Translations under genes and position numbers: made by a program
The notes under the pieces: generated by a model
The model's database searches: none
Seen by the model: only the letters and a program-made list of their open reading frames with translations
Told to the model about the DNA's origin: nothing
NCBI GenBank assembly: GCA_035283125.1
Contig: DATEUN010000020.1
Location: forward strand, 6,092-70,091
DNA length: 64,000 bases
Direction: 5' to 3'
DNA from: Anaerolineales bacterium
Lineage (GTDB): Bacteria; Chloroflexota; Anaerolineae; Anaerolineales; Villigracilaceae
Shown: positions 1-10,349 of the stretch, piece after piece
Numbering within the stretch: position 1 is the stretch's first letter
Layout of the letters: each line of letters begins with the position of its first letter

Positions 1-219
1 AATCAAGCGAAAGAAATGGCTGACGCTGCCGGGATCAAATTGGGTGATATCCAAACCATCTACTATTATGATTATGTACCCTCTCCTGCTCAACCGGTTT
101 ACATGGATTATGGGAAGGGTGGCGGTGGAGACATGTCGGCAGCTCGAGCGGAAGTTCCGATCAACCCCGGACAGGTAACCATAACTGCAACAGTAACAAT
201 TGTCTATGCACTAAAGTAA
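1..219 (+). CDS. SIMPL (DUF541) family protein, C-terminal fragment; 5' end outside window
   Basis: The frame is open from base 1 (NQAKE precedes the tracked Met at 16). The tail GIKLGDIQTIYY...INPGQVTITATVTIVYALK resembles the C-terminal pattern of SIMPL/DUF541 proteins. A hairpin terminator follows. Confidence 0.5.
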   Translation, partial: NQAKEMADAAGIKLGDIQTIYYYDYVPSPAQPVYMDYGKGGGGDMSAARAEVPINPGQVTITATVTIVYALK

Positions 220-240
220 ACCTTCTTGAAATCCCATAAA

Positions 241-279
241 CATATCCCGGCAAAACCCCTGTCGGGATATGTTTTTTTT
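241..279 (+). terminator. Rho-independent terminator
   Basis: Stem catatcccggca (241-252) pairs with tgtcgggatatg (260-271) with one G-U pair, followed by a T8 run. Confidence 0.8.
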
Positions 280-374
280 ATTACATGAATTCATGAGCTC
301 CAGACCAGCTAAGGAATAGATTCCGGGATACCAGTATGTGATTGGTATAATCAAAAAAACTCAAGGAGCCTTTC

Positions 375-1265
375 ATGTTAAGAATCGGTTATATCGGCTT
401 GGGGCTGATGGGGAAATCCATGGCCAGAAATATACTCAAGGCAGGTTTTCCGCTTGTGGTTCATAACAGGAGCCATGCGTCGGTTGAAGAATTGTGCGGT
501 GAAGGTGCCATTGAAGCTTCCTCCCCTGCTGATGTTGCACAACAAGTGGATGTGGTCTTTACAAACCTGCCAGACAGCCCGGATGTTGAAACCGTTACTT
601 TGGGTTCAAATGGAATCATTGAAGCTGCCCACCCGGGTATGATCTTTGTTGACAATTCCACCATAAAACCTGCCTCAGCGCGGTTGATCGCCAAAAAACT
701 TGGCGAAAAAGGTGTGCAGAGTCTTGATGCTCCTGTTAGCGGTGGAGACATCGGTGCACGAGATGGAACTTTGACCATTATGGTTGGCGGCTCACAGGAA
801 GCCCTTGCTAAGGTCATGCCTGTATTTCAAGTCATCGGAAAGAAAATTACCCATGTTGGAGAATCAGGAGCTGGTCAAATTGCAAAGGCTGCCAACCAAA
901 TCATGGTGGCTGCCCAAATGGTCGCCATGGGTGAACTGCTTATTTTTGCTCAACAAGCAGGGGCAGATCCTGTAAAAGTCGTGGAAGCCATCAAATCCGG
1001 AGCAGCACAATGCTGGACTCTTGACGTAAAACCGTCCCGGCTCTTTAACGATAACCGGGAGCCAGGATTTAAAGCTTACATGATGGCCAAAGATCTCAAT
1101 ATCGCCACCGATTCAGCGCGTGAATATGGCGTTCCGCTGCCAGCTACTGCTGAAAACTCACAAATATTTAATGCCATGGTTCAAATGGGTTTGGGTGAAT
1201 TGGATAATTCTGCTGTTATCGCTGTCATTGAGACTCTTGCAGGGACAAGATTGATAATCCAATGA
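375..1265 (+). CDS. NAD(P)-dependent beta-hydroxyacid dehydrogenase (3-hydroxyisobutyrate / 2-hydroxy-3-oxopropionate reductase family)
   Basis: N-terminal Rossmann motif IGYIGLGLMGKSMARN, DAPVSGG, and GAGQIAKAANQ, which is typical of the HIBADH/GarR family. SD aaggag lies upstream. Confidence 0.85.
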   Translation: MLRIGYIGLGLMGKSMARNILKAGFPLVVHNRSHASVEELCGEGAIEASSPADVAQQVDVVFTNLPDSPDVETVTLGSNGIIEAAHPGMIFVDNSTIKPASARLIAKKLGEKGVQSLDAPVSGGDIGARDGTLTIMVGGSQEALAKVMPVFQVIGKKITHVGESGAGQIAKAANQIMVAAQMVAMGELLIFAQQAGADPVKVVEAIKSGAAQCWTLDVKPSRLFNDNREPGFKAYMMAKDLNIATDSAREYGVPLPATAENSQIFNAMVQMGLGELDNSAVIAVIETLAGTRLIIQ

Positions 1266-1317
1266 GTTTTTTTCACTATTTCATCAGGATAAATTACAAA
1301 TCATAGATAATTATGAA

Positions 1318-2229
1318 TTAACTTGGTTTCTTGATCTTGTATCCAAAGCGGTTCAGGAAATTCTCGTCATTGCGCCAACCCTTGGCAACCTTTACCCTGA
1401 GCTGCAGGAAGACCTTTCTTCCGCCCATCGATTCGATCTCCTGCCGGGCTGCTGAACCGATCTTTTTCAACATCAATCCCTTCTCACCTATCACGATACC
1501 TTTCTGCGAATCACGCTCGACAAAGAGCGTGGCAGCGATATATGCTCCCACCTCTCCACGTTCGGTAAATTCATCGATGCGAACAGCCAATCCGTGGGGG
1601 ACTTCATCCCGCAGGAAAAAGAGAGCAGCTTCACGAATGAGATCGGCTGCAATTTCACGTTCGTAAAGGTCAGTCAATTGATCCGGAGGAAATTCAGCCT
1701 CACGGACAGGCAATTTTTCAATTAATTTCGAAACCAATTCTGACCGGCTTCCCGGCTGCAGTGCCGAAAACGCAACCACCTCGGCAGATGGCAGTAGATT
1801 GCCATATTTCTCTGATTGCGACCCGATACCCTGGGCTGGATCCAATTTATCAATCTTATTCAAACCGATCACAACGCCCCGTGTTCTTTTCAGTTCTTTC
1901 AAAATGGATGCGATCATCTCATCTTCATCATCCGGATCCTGGCTTCCATCCACAAGCCAGAGGATAAGGTCAACCCCGTTAAGACCTTCTTCGGCTTCCT
2001 GGTTCAGGAACTTACCCAATTTATGTTGTGCCTTATGGATCCCGGGTGAATCCACAAAAATGAGTTGGGCAATTTCTGTTGTCAATATCCCCAACTGACG
2101 ACGGCGTGTTGTTTGAGGGCGGGGAGAAACTGCTGCGACTTTTTGTCCCAACAAAGCATTGATAAGGGTGGATTTTCCAACATTGGGTTTACCAACCAAA
2201 GCAATAAAACCAGATCTAAATTCCGTCAT
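1318..2229 (-). CDS. era: GTPase Era
   Basis: G1 motif GKPNVGKST, SPRPQTTRRR, DSPG and NKID GTPase motifs, plus a C-terminal KH-type region. Confidence 0.95.
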   Translation of the reverse strand: MTEFRSGFIALVGKPNVGKSTLINALLGQKVAAVSPRPQTTRRRQLGILTTEIAQLIFVDSPGIHKAQHKLGKFLNQEAEEGLNGVDLILWLVDGSQDPDDEDEMIASILKELKRTRGVVIGLNKIDKLDPAQGIGSQSEKYGNLLPSAEVVAFSALQPGSRSELVSKLIEKLPVREAEFPPDQLTDLYEREIAADLIREAALFFLRDEVPHGLAVRIDEFTERGEVGAYIAATLFVERDSQKGIVIGEKGLMLKKIGSAARQEIESMGGRKVFLQLRVKVAKGWRNDENFLNRFGYKIKKPS

Positions 2230-2294
2230 TATTCCTACCTCTTGTTAATTTCCATAATCCTCATTGCCAAAACCGTTTTCTTTATTTCATCCAG

Positions 2295-3173
2295 TTAATG
2301 AGATGAGGATTTCCTGTTCATTACGATCACACTGGTGACAATCATCAAACCTCCGAATGCCAGGTTCCAACTTAAAGCTTCATTCAAGAAGACCACTCCC
2401 AATATTACACCCCCAAGAGGAAGAATATAGGTAACCAGGGCTGCGCGGGTGGGTCCAATTTCCTGTAATAAATAATACCAGAGAATAAATGCCAGACCTG
2501 AACCCAGAACACCCAGCCATACGACTGCCAGCCAGGTGATCGGCAAGGAAGGTAATTTGACAGGACTTTCCAGCGCGAAAGATCCTGTACCCATGATGAC
2601 CGTGGCACTCATAAGCGGCATGATCCCGCGCACCAGACCCGACACTCGATCTGTCGTGATACGGGCATACACCATGCTGCCTGCATAAAAGATGGCTGCA
2701 AGAAGCACAGCAGCCTGCCCGAGGAACAAATTGTGTGAGCCTGGTTGAAGATCCTTCATAAGCAGGATGATCACCCCACCAAAACCAATTAATAATCCCA
2801 CGATATTTCCGGGTTTAAAGCCTTCATCATTTAAGAATATTGTAGCTATTAGAAAAGTGAATAACGGTACCGTAGCATTAAGAATGGAAGCGACTGCTGA
2901 ATCGATGCTTAGTTCACCCCAGGTGATCAACCCAAAAGGTATGGCGACATTCGTCAAACCGAGGATCATTAAAGCGATCCACACCGACCGGCTGTGCGGA
3001 AGCCTCGTGCGGGTGACCAGGATGGCGATGATCCCAACCAGGGCACCAAAAAAAGTTCGCAACGCAACCAATGTGATGGGACTTAATTCCCGAATGGCTA
3101 TCTTGATCCAGAGGAAAGATGAGCTCCATATGGCTGCTAGGAGGATAAAGGCGAACCAATGTTTAAATTTCAT
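2295..3173 (-). CDS. EamA/DMT family transporter
   Basis: Polytopic membrane protein of about 10 TM segments with two EamA-like halves. Confidence 0.75.
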   Translation of the reverse strand: MKFKHWFAFILLAAIWSSSFLWIKIAIRELSPITLVALRTFFGALVGIIAILVTRTRLPHSRSVWIALMILGLTNVAIPFGLITWGELSIDSAVASILNATVPLFTFLIATIFLNDEGFKPGNIVGLLIGFGGVIILLMKDLQPGSHNLFLGQAAVLLAAIFYAGSMVYARITTDRVSGLVRGIMPLMSATVIMGTGSFALESPVKLPSLPITWLAVVWLGVLGSGLAFILWYYLLQEIGPTRAALVTYILPLGGVILGVVFLNEALSWNLAFGGLMIVTSVIVMNRKSSSH

Positions 3174-3231
3174 TCAATGTCCTTATTCCATTACTAAATG
3201 CCAAGTTTATCATTTGCATCAATATTGTGGG

Positions 3232-3274
3232 TAAAATAAGAACATCCTGCAGAGATTGATCTTTGCAGGATGTT
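3232..3274 (-). terminator. Rho-independent terminator downstream of pmbA
   Basis: 14-bp stem (3241-3254 / 3261-3274, one mismatch). The minus-strand reading is followed by cuuauuuua. Confidence 0.7.
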
Positions 3275-3292
3275 CTTTATTAATTATTGGAT

Positions 3293-4678
3293 TTAGTATG
3301 AAGAATTGGAGTGGGAGATCTCCAGATCTTTAACAGCCATGAATTTTGGTACAACGATGGCGGTCGGATTCCTGGAACCATAACTTTGTGATGTGTTATA
3401 AGGAACGGTCTCCTTTGAAAGCCAATCAACCTTGTCGCCAAAGATATCCAACAAACTTTGGGTCAGGCGAACATTAAATGGCACAACTACTGATCCATCC
3501 TTCTTCAACAGCAATGCACCAAATCGGGAGCTGGCAGTGATGACTCCCTTGGAAGGGTTGACAATATTCATGTAATGAAGGAAGGGGATATAGAGAAGGT
3601 CATTCTGGCGGGGCATCTTGACAAGATCCTGCAAGGAATCAACGTCTTTCCCACCTTTGCCAATCACAAGACTAAAATGACGGACGGTGTGGCTTGTGGA
3701 TTCAACACTGAACTCATCGGCATCATCCTGTGAATAAATATATCCCTGGAAGACACCACTGGTGAAAAGTGGATACAAATCCCTCACTTTGCCCATAAAA
3801 TCCCGTTTGAACGGGAAAGTTTCCATGGCATTGGTATCATCATTGAGGGTGAATTTTTCGGAAAAGACTTTCTTCCCGACCTGTTCCTCTTTGAGGAATG
3901 AGTACCCCCGTTTCATCAACCCACCATTGAAACCAATATAGTTCATGAAATTGATCATGTCAGCAATTGCTGCAGATCCGAAAACAATCTCATAATTTCC
4001 AAGCGGCAACTGCTGCGGTGAATCATTCAGGTAGCGATCCAGCAGGAAAGATAATTCGCCATGCATCTCACCCGGATCAAGATCTGATTTCCTCCAGGCG
4101 GACTGTTCAGATTGGACTTCCCATTTCAGCCTGGTATGCGCCAAAACCATGCTGATCTGTGCATCGGAGGTTTTAAAATACAATACATGTTCCGAGTGCG
4201 TATTGATGAATGCCTGTGTGGTTGCTCCATTGGAGAAGATACCTGACAGCCTGATCTCTTCCGTTTCCAATCCCTTACTGGCTTCATTAAAGAACGCCAA
4301 CCTTTTTTCGTTGCTGATCTTAGCCAGGTTTTCATCGAAACCGCTTTCGTCCACGAAGGATTCTTTATAGGTTGGTAAGGTCGGTTGATAATTAAGCGGT
4401 TGTGCGTGAACGACAAGCTCTGCAGCTGCATCAATGGCTTTCTTCATCTCATCAACCTTATCAAGGTCTGTGATCAATTCATAGCTGGCGCGTTTCCGGC
4501 CATCATGTGCAGATATCTCCAAACGGATGAGATGTTCATTGGTATTAAGTGATATAGCTGAGTTGGCGAAACGCATCAGGTAGCTATCTTCTTCGTGGTA
4601 TACCAGACTGATATCGTATCCTTTTTCGATAGCATAAGTTCGCAATGCTTTGAGTGTGTTAATGATCTGTTCTTTCAC
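3293..4678 (-). CDS. pmbA: TldE/PmbA family metalloprotease subunit
   Basis: TldD/PmbA-family length and layout without the HExxxH motif. It has a GTG start and lies 2 nt downstream of tldD. Confidence 0.8.
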   Translation of the reverse strand: MKEQIINTLKALRTYAIEKGYDISLVYHEEDSYLMRFANSAISLNTNEHLIRLEISAHDGRKRASYELITDLDKVDEMKKAIDAAAELVVHAQPLNYQPTLPTYKESFVDESGFDENLAKISNEKRLAFFNEASKGLETEEIRLSGIFSNGATTQAFINTHSEHVLYFKTSDAQISMVLAHTRLKWEVQSEQSAWRKSDLDPGEMHGELSFLLDRYLNDSPQQLPLGNYEIVFGSAAIADMINFMNYIGFNGGLMKRGYSFLKEEQVGKKVFSEKFTLNDDTNAMETFPFKRDFMGKVRDLYPLFTSGVFQGYIYSQDDADEFSVESTSHTVRHFSLVIGKGGKDVDSLQDLVKMPRQNDLLYIPFLHYMNIVNPSKGVITASSRFGALLLKKDGSVVVPFNVRLTQSLLDIFGDKVDWLSKETVPYNTSQSYGSRNPTAIVVPKFMAVKDLEISHSNSSY

Positions 4679-4680
4679 GG

Positions 4681-6135
4681 TTATTCTCCTATCCGTACAT
4701 TATCAAATCGGCAGACAGGGACACCGTGACCCAATTGCATGATCTGGTTTGGCTGTCCTTTTCCGCAATTGTCCACATACTTTACTTCCCAGGTGGACTT
4801 ATCCCCTACTGCTGACAGTGAGTTCCAGAATTTTACTGTATCGCCCTTATGGGTTGAGTTCTTCACAACCCTGGTGACCTTACCGTCATCCACCAGCCAG
4901 CCGATCTCTTCACCAAAATGGAATTGCTCCCGATTCGATCCTATTGACCAGCTGCGATCACCATCCAGGATGATACCTTTCTCAGTATTCGCTACAATAT
5001 CATCGAGGGTGCCGTCTGTCCCATAATCAATATTGATATTGGTCATTCGTTCGATGGGTACCCGGTAGAATGAGGTCGCACGATTTGCTCCGCCGCTTCC
5101 CTGGAAAATTGCCTTCCGAGCCCTGGCATTGGCTTCTTCAACCATCTGACGACCGGTTATCGCACCCACAAGAATACCTTTATCAATCAGCAGATTGTTC
5201 TGTGCAGGAACGCCATCATCGTCAAAACCAAAGCTCCCTGGACTGTTGGTCAAGGTGGCATCTGCTCGGGCTGTTAATTTCGGTGAACCGTAACGCAGGG
5301 AACCAAAATCATCCAGCGTGACAAAAGACCCACCTGCATATGCCAATTCATATCCGAGGATACGATCAAGTTCCAAAGCATGCCCGATGGTCTCGTGGGT
5401 TTGCAAGTACATGATGCCCGGTAACAGGATCACTGACCGGTCCTCCTTGGGGCAATCTTCTGCGACAATCACCTCGTTTAATTCCTTGACAATCCTTTCT
5501 GCGTTTTCCTCAAAAAGCTTTGCATCGATGGATTCCCACCCACGGCTGTCTCCGATCCGATCCAAGCGGAATTTTCGTTCGTGAGTTGTACCCTGGCTAT
5601 CCTGGCCATCCACTTCCATCCCGGAGAAGACTTCCGTTATCAACTTCTCGATAAGGCTGCCTTCGGAATCCACAAAAATGATCTGCTTGCGAACAAAAGC
5701 AAGGGAACTGAAACGTTGAAAGACTCCCTTTTTATTCAATTTCTCGTCCAACTCTTTGAGGAATGACACTTTTTCAGCCAAAGGGACATCGAACGGGTTT
5801 ATCTCACAGGGGCTTTCAAATTTTGCCTCAATGATATCTTTTTCCGCCAGGCGGACAGGGAAGGTAATCCGTTCGGCAGCTATTCTGGCATTATCAAAAG
5901 CCTTATCATAGAGGGCTGATAAAGAACTTACATCTGAAGATGCTGAGAAGCCCCACGCACCTTTATACAATACCCGTATACCGATCCCACTTTCACCAGA
6001 CATGGCAGTCGTCTTTAAATTGCCATTCAACATCATAAGGTAATTTTTATCCTCGAATGGATACCAACGGGTATCCACATAGGTGGCACCCCTGGCTTTG
6101 ATCCTTTCGATCTGTTCCTGGATCTCACTTAGCAT
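4681..6135 (-). CDS. tldD: TldD family metalloprotease
   Basis: The HETIGHALELD zinc motif and a GxC-containing C-terminus are typical of TldD. SD ggaga lies upstream. Confidence 0.9.
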   Translation of the reverse strand: MLSEIQEQIERIKARGATYVDTRWYPFEDKNYLMMLNGNLKTTAMSGESGIGIRVLYKGAWGFSASSDVSSLSALYDKAFDNARIAAERITFPVRLAEKDIIEAKFESPCEINPFDVPLAEKVSFLKELDEKLNKKGVFQRFSSLAFVRKQIIFVDSEGSLIEKLITEVFSGMEVDGQDSQGTTHERKFRLDRIGDSRGWESIDAKLFEENAERIVKELNEVIVAEDCPKEDRSVILLPGIMYLQTHETIGHALELDRILGYELAYAGGSFVTLDDFGSLRYGSPKLTARADATLTNSPGSFGFDDDGVPAQNNLLIDKGILVGAITGRQMVEEANARARKAIFQGSGGANRATSFYRVPIERMTNINIDYGTDGTLDDIVANTEKGIILDGDRSWSIGSNREQFHFGEEIGWLVDDGKVTRVVKNSTHKGDTVKFWNSLSAVGDKSTWEVKYVDNCGKGQPNQIMQLGHGVPVCRFDNVRIGE

Positions 6136-6573
6136 TCGTATGTCTCCTTTTTCATGGTTTATCAGTGAAGAAAACTATCAAACTACAATAAAAATCACTA
6201 ATATTGTCGATTCGTTATTTTACCATTTAACGATCTTTTTTATAGCTTCCTCATATAAGCATCAGAAGCTTTCTATAATGTACATTCTGATCAATGTGGC
6301 GGGATAATTCCAAGTCCATACATGAAATTGGTGTCAAAAAAAGGCTCCCATTTACATTCTAATTCCTAAAGACCACCTTGCATACCAATTATAAGTGGGG
6401 GGAGTTTTAAACATGAACTGTTTTCCCTGATGATCACTTACGATCAAACCACTCTAGTGAAAATTACCACCATTGCAAGAATGAACAAAAAAAGGTAATA
6501 TTGGATTACGATGGTGTACATGCATGTCGCTCTGGCTCTGATAGCCTTACCCATGCCTATTACGTCAGTTAAT

Positions 6574-6609
6574 CCCTGACAGGTTAATCTTACCTGTCAG
6601 GGTTTTTTA
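6574..6609 (+). terminator. Rho-independent terminator with no annotated gene upstream
   Basis: Perfect 11-bp stem ccctgacaggt (6574-6584) / acctgtcaggg (6592-6602), followed by T6. Confidence 0.8.
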
Positions 6610-6724
6610 TTGGTTAATATTTAAAGGATCATTTTTATCCTTATACACCAGTAACCACACGAGCTGCAACTAGTGATTACATGAAGTATTGAAACCTGTC
6701 ACTCAAAGAAATTAAGGAGAATGA

Positions 6725-7951
6725 ATGTTAACACCCTGGGAAGATCGATATTCTTTTAGAACAAAAAGAATGGGAAGTTCAGTAATTCGTGAATTGCTGA
6801 AAATTACACAGAAACCTGAGATCATTTCCTTCGCAGGTGGTTTACCCGCACCGGAAGTTTTTCCCCTGGAAGAATTCCAACGCGCGTGTTCTGTTGTGCT
6901 TAAAGAGCAGGGAGCCCAGGCTCTTCAATATGGAACTACGGAAGGCTTTTTAGCCCTGCGTGAGATGATAGCTGAAAACATCGCCCGCTATGCCATTGAG
7001 ATATCACCAGATAATATCATGATCACATCCGGTTCCCAACAAGCCCTTGACCTGATCGGACGATTATTCATTAATAGAGGTGATCGGATCCTGGTTGAAT
7101 CCCCAACTTATCTTGGTGCCCTCCAAGCCTGGAATGCATATGGTGCTGAATATGTATCCGTATCGATGGATGAAGATGGGATGGAAACTGATAAATTGGA
7201 AAAAGCACTCCGTTCAGGAGTTAAATTCATTTACGTTCTACCAAATTTCCAAAATCCAACAGGGGCAACGCTCAGCCTTGAGCGCAGGCATAATTTGATC
7301 AAATTTGCTGACAATTACGGTGTTCCCATCGTGGAAGATGATCCTTATGGTCAACTGCGCTACGAAGGTAACCATATTCGCACTATCCTCGACCTGGATA
7401 GTGAGTTTCATAAAAGAAACGGTGACATTTACAGCGGTAACGTTATTTACATGAGCACATACTCCAAGCTTCTCGCTCCTGGATTAAGGGTAGCATGGGT
7501 GATAGCTCCCCAGGAAGTCATCCGTAAGCTGGTCAATGCCAAACAAGCTGCGGATCTTCATACAGCCACATTGAACCAATTCATAGCCCATGAAATCGGT
7601 AAAACGGGTTTCATTGACCGCCATGTTCATACGATCCGCAAGACTTACATGGAACGACGGGAGATCATGCTTGAAACCATGACCGAGTATTTTCCCGCAG
7701 AAGTGAGTTGGACCCATCCGAAGGGCGGCATGTTCCTGTGGGGAATCATGCCCGAAAACCTCGATGCGGCTGAAGTCCTCAAGGTTGCCATTGAACGCAA
7801 TGTCGCATTTGTTCCTGGATTTGCCTTCCACCCTAACGGGGGAGGAAACAACACGATGAGGTTGAATTTTTCATTTTGCGATCCTGATGCGATCCGGGAA
7901 GGGATCCATAGACTTGGTACAGTCCTAAAAGAACAGATCGCCAGGAAGTAA
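6725..7951 (+). CDS. PLP-dependent class I/II aminotransferase, 2-aminoadipate transaminase (LysN)-like
   Basis: SVIRELLKITQKPEIISFAGGLPAPEVFP, SQQALDL, NFQNPTG, YSKLLAPGLRVAW and RLNFS closely follow the Thermus LysN-type family pattern as I recall it. Confidence 0.85.
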   Translation: MLTPWEDRYSFRTKRMGSSVIRELLKITQKPEIISFAGGLPAPEVFPLEEFQRACSVVLKEQGAQALQYGTTEGFLALREMIAENIARYAIEISPDNIMITSGSQQALDLIGRLFINRGDRILVESPTYLGALQAWNAYGAEYVSVSMDEDGMETDKLEKALRSGVKFIYVLPNFQNPTGATLSLERRHNLIKFADNYGVPIVEDDPYGQLRYEGNHIRTILDLDSEFHKRNGDIYSGNVIYMSTYSKLLAPGLRVAWVIAPQEVIRKLVNAKQAADLHTATLNQFIAHEIGKTGFIDRHVHTIRKTYMERREIMLETMTEYFPAEVSWTHPKGGMFLWGIMPENLDAAEVLKVAIERNVAFVPGFAFHPNGGGNNTMRLNFSFCDPDAIREGIHRLGTVLKEQIARK

Positions 7952-7966
7952 AATAAAAACAATTAG

Positions 7967-8000
7967 AAAAATGACACCTGCAACCAGGTGTCATTTTTCT
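7967..8000. terminator. Bidirectional terminator between convergent aminotransferase and MFS genes
   Basis: aaaaatgacacctg-caac-caggtgtcattttt: perfect stem flanked by an A-run and a T-run. Confidence 0.85.
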
Positions 8001-8026
8001 TTAAGTTCCGGTTAGATATCAATTCA

Positions 8027-9406
8027 TCAAGCTGGCTGAGATTCTCCCACCTTCTCCAGCTGGTCATGGTCCGGCAGGATTGTCTCAACATCACGGATTG
8101 GTTTGAAAAGATACCCTGAAAATCCCACTATGGCAGCCATGATACCTGCGAAGAAAAATAAAAGCCCCATTCCTGAACCAGGTCCAGTCCCAAACAGACC
8201 GCCAAATGTCCGGGCAAGGACAGTATTGCCTTTCATGGCAGGTTCCATGACATAATCAGCAAGCAAACCAGCGATCATTGGGGCAATTGGATTAGTGAAC
8301 CAGGCAATTAATCGTCGGGCAGAGAAAACCCTTCCCTGCAAATCCGGAGCCACCTTCGTCTGCCAGATAGCCTGGTTGGAAGTATTGATCAATGCGCTGA
8401 CGGACATACTTATCAGGAAGAATGGGATCCAAATACTCAGATCCTGACCAATTCCCAAGACTGCAAATGACAATCCAGACAGTCCCCAACCCAATAAAAC
8501 TCCATGGACCTTACGCTTTAACCCTCCCCAAACACTCATCAAAATTCCCCCGATAACTCCTCCGATAGCACCGGCTGTTTGTACCGACCCAAAAATGATG
8601 CTATTTTGCGCAGTTCTGGCGAGGATCATCGGAGCCAGCAAGGTAAAGCCCATACCAGAAAATAAATTTCCGGCAAAGAATATCAGTTGTAAACCAAGGA
8701 GACTTGGGCGCATGAAGATATATTTAAACCCATAAACTGATTCCTTCCACATTGACCCTGATTCCTTCTGACCTTCGACAGTTTTTTCAGGTTGAGGGAC
8801 GTGGACGATCAATAAAGCTCCAATCGCAATAAAGAATGTTACAAGGTCAATCACCATAATCAAGGCAAAGCTATCAAAAGGCGTGGTCATTGGGATTGAA
8901 AGGATGATCCCTGCAAGAAGAGGAGCCAGGACTCCCGGACCAGCATCCAGCAGGGACATCAGCCCATTTGCCCGTCCATACTGCTTCTTGGGTACCATGG
9001 TGCTGATGGCTGCTGAATAAGCTGGCCATTGAAACGTGTTTCCCAATCCATTGATGGCGGCTGAGATATAAAGGTGCCAGAATTGAAGATTCCCAGTGGC
9101 ATACAGGATTAAAATCGCAAGAGTTGGAACGACTGCTGTCAGGTCACTGATCATCATCATTAACTTGCGGTTATTACGATCGACCATCACGCCTGCGATT
9201 GGAGAGAGAAGCAGGAAAGGTGTTATAAAGGCGACCTGCATTCCTGCCATGGCAGTGGCACTACCTGTCTGTTTGTACATCCACAAGGTCATGCCAAAAC
9301 CTGTCATGGAAGAAGCCAGGACGGAGATTATCTGGCCAATCCAAACTACCATAAAGCCGGCCATACCAGATGGCCGGCTTTGTTTATCCGATGAGGTTTC
9401 TGTCAT
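8027..9406 (-). CDS. MFS transporter (EntS/DUF894-like)
   Basis: 12-TM profile with the MFS loop motif VDRNNRKLMM. It starts 6 nt after the stop of the upstream DUF4097 gene. Confidence 0.8.
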   Translation of the reverse strand: MTETSSDKQSRPSGMAGFMVVWIGQIISVLASSMTGFGMTLWMYKQTGSATAMAGMQVAFITPFLLLSPIAGVMVDRNNRKLMMMISDLTAVVPTLAILILYATGNLQFWHLYISAAINGLGNTFQWPAYSAAISTMVPKKQYGRANGLMSLLDAGPGVLAPLLAGIILSIPMTTPFDSFALIMVIDLVTFFIAIGALLIVHVPQPEKTVEGQKESGSMWKESVYGFKYIFMRPSLLGLQLIFFAGNLFSGMGFTLLAPMILARTAQNSIIFGSVQTAGAIGGVIGGILMSVWGGLKRKVHGVLLGWGLSGLSFAVLGIGQDLSIWIPFFLISMSVSALINTSNQAIWQTKVAPDLQGRVFSARRLIAWFTNPIAPMIAGLLADYVMEPAMKGNTVLARTFGGLFGTGPGSGMGLLFFFAGIMAAIVGFSGYLFKPIRDVETILPDHDQLEKVGESQPA

Positions 9407-9412
9407 AGCATG

Positions 9413-10306
9413 TCATCCATTCAGCTGTTCCAATGCCTGCTCGACTGTTAAATCACCATTATCAATTTTCGAAATTATATCTGAAATATTTGCAGGTGAT
9501 TTCCTTTGAATACCTTCAGAAGAGGAGACACTCAAATCACCAGACACGCTATTCATTGTTACCTGCGCACCACCCTGACCGAAAATGACCGATTGCCTGC
9601 CATTGCTCTGGTTGGATCTCTGCACTGGTAAATTGGTACAGAGAGAACCACTGAGGGATTTTAAGGTCATTTCAGCGTCAACCATTTGGGATAATTTCAG
9701 TATGACATCGCCAGATACAGTATTAAATTGAAAAGGTCCTTCTCCCAATTTGGTATCAAGAATGAGATCACCACTGGTCGAATGGAATTTCACCTGGTCG
9801 AGATCTGCATTGGAAAGATTAATATCGCCGGAGACTGTTTTCGACAGTAATGTACCGGTCAGGTCATTTCCAACTATATCGCCACTGACTGATTCAATGT
9901 TAATCTTTCCAGATATTGAATCCAAATGAATATCACCGCTGACAGTTTTGAATTCCGAGTTTCCAGTAATTTCGGAAACTTTGACCTCACTGCTGACTAC
10001 CTTTATATCAATATTGGTTTGCTTTGGAACTTTAACCAGATAATCCACATCGCAGATCGTCATGCCGCGAAGAAGGTTCAAGGCATGATCTTGAAATTTC
10101 GTGGCAACTGAAACAGTTCCATCATCTGATTGCGTACATTCCACACTGGTTTGATCCATATCACCTGAACCAGGTTGTTTTATGGCGAATATATGGATAA
10201 CTTCTTCTTCTGCTGCCTGGATAATCACTGAACCACTGACATTATTCAATTTCAGATTGGCAGGAGAAGATACTTGAAATTTCAAATCAACAGGATCGGT
10301 TAACAT
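9413..10306 (-). CDS. DUF4097 (LiaG/YvlB/LiaX-type beta-helix) protein with C-terminal SHOCT-like helix
   Basis: Repeated VSGD[IV] beta-helix rungs (VSGDIHL, VSGDIVG, VSGDINL, TSGDLIL, VSGDVIL, VSGDLSV). C-terminus is NISDIISKIDNGDLTVEQALEQLNG. Confidence 0.8.
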   Translation of the reverse strand: MLTDPVDLKFQVSSPANLKLNNVSGSVIIQAAEEEVIHIFAIKQPGSGDMDQTSVECTQSDDGTVSVATKFQDHALNLLRGMTICDVDYLVKVPKQTNIDIKVVSSEVKVSEITGNSEFKTVSGDIHLDSISGKINIESVSGDIVGNDLTGTLLSKTVSGDINLSNADLDQVKFHSTSGDLILDTKLGEGPFQFNTVSGDVILKLSQMVDAEMTLKSLSGSLCTNLPVQRSNQSNGRQSVIFGQGGAQVTMNSVSGDLSVSSSEGIQRKSPANISDIISKIDNGDLTVEQALEQLNG

Positions 10307-10349
10307 ATGAATTCCTTATATTAGATTTTTTTTTAAAGGGTAGAACAGT

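Noticed and set aside
6574-6602. Shared 'acctgtcag' core in the terminators at 6574-6602 and 29153-29179, as a possible dispersed REP-like repeat
   Set aside because: Only 9 nt are shared, the two loops and flanks differ, and two occurrences are insufficient to call a repeat family.
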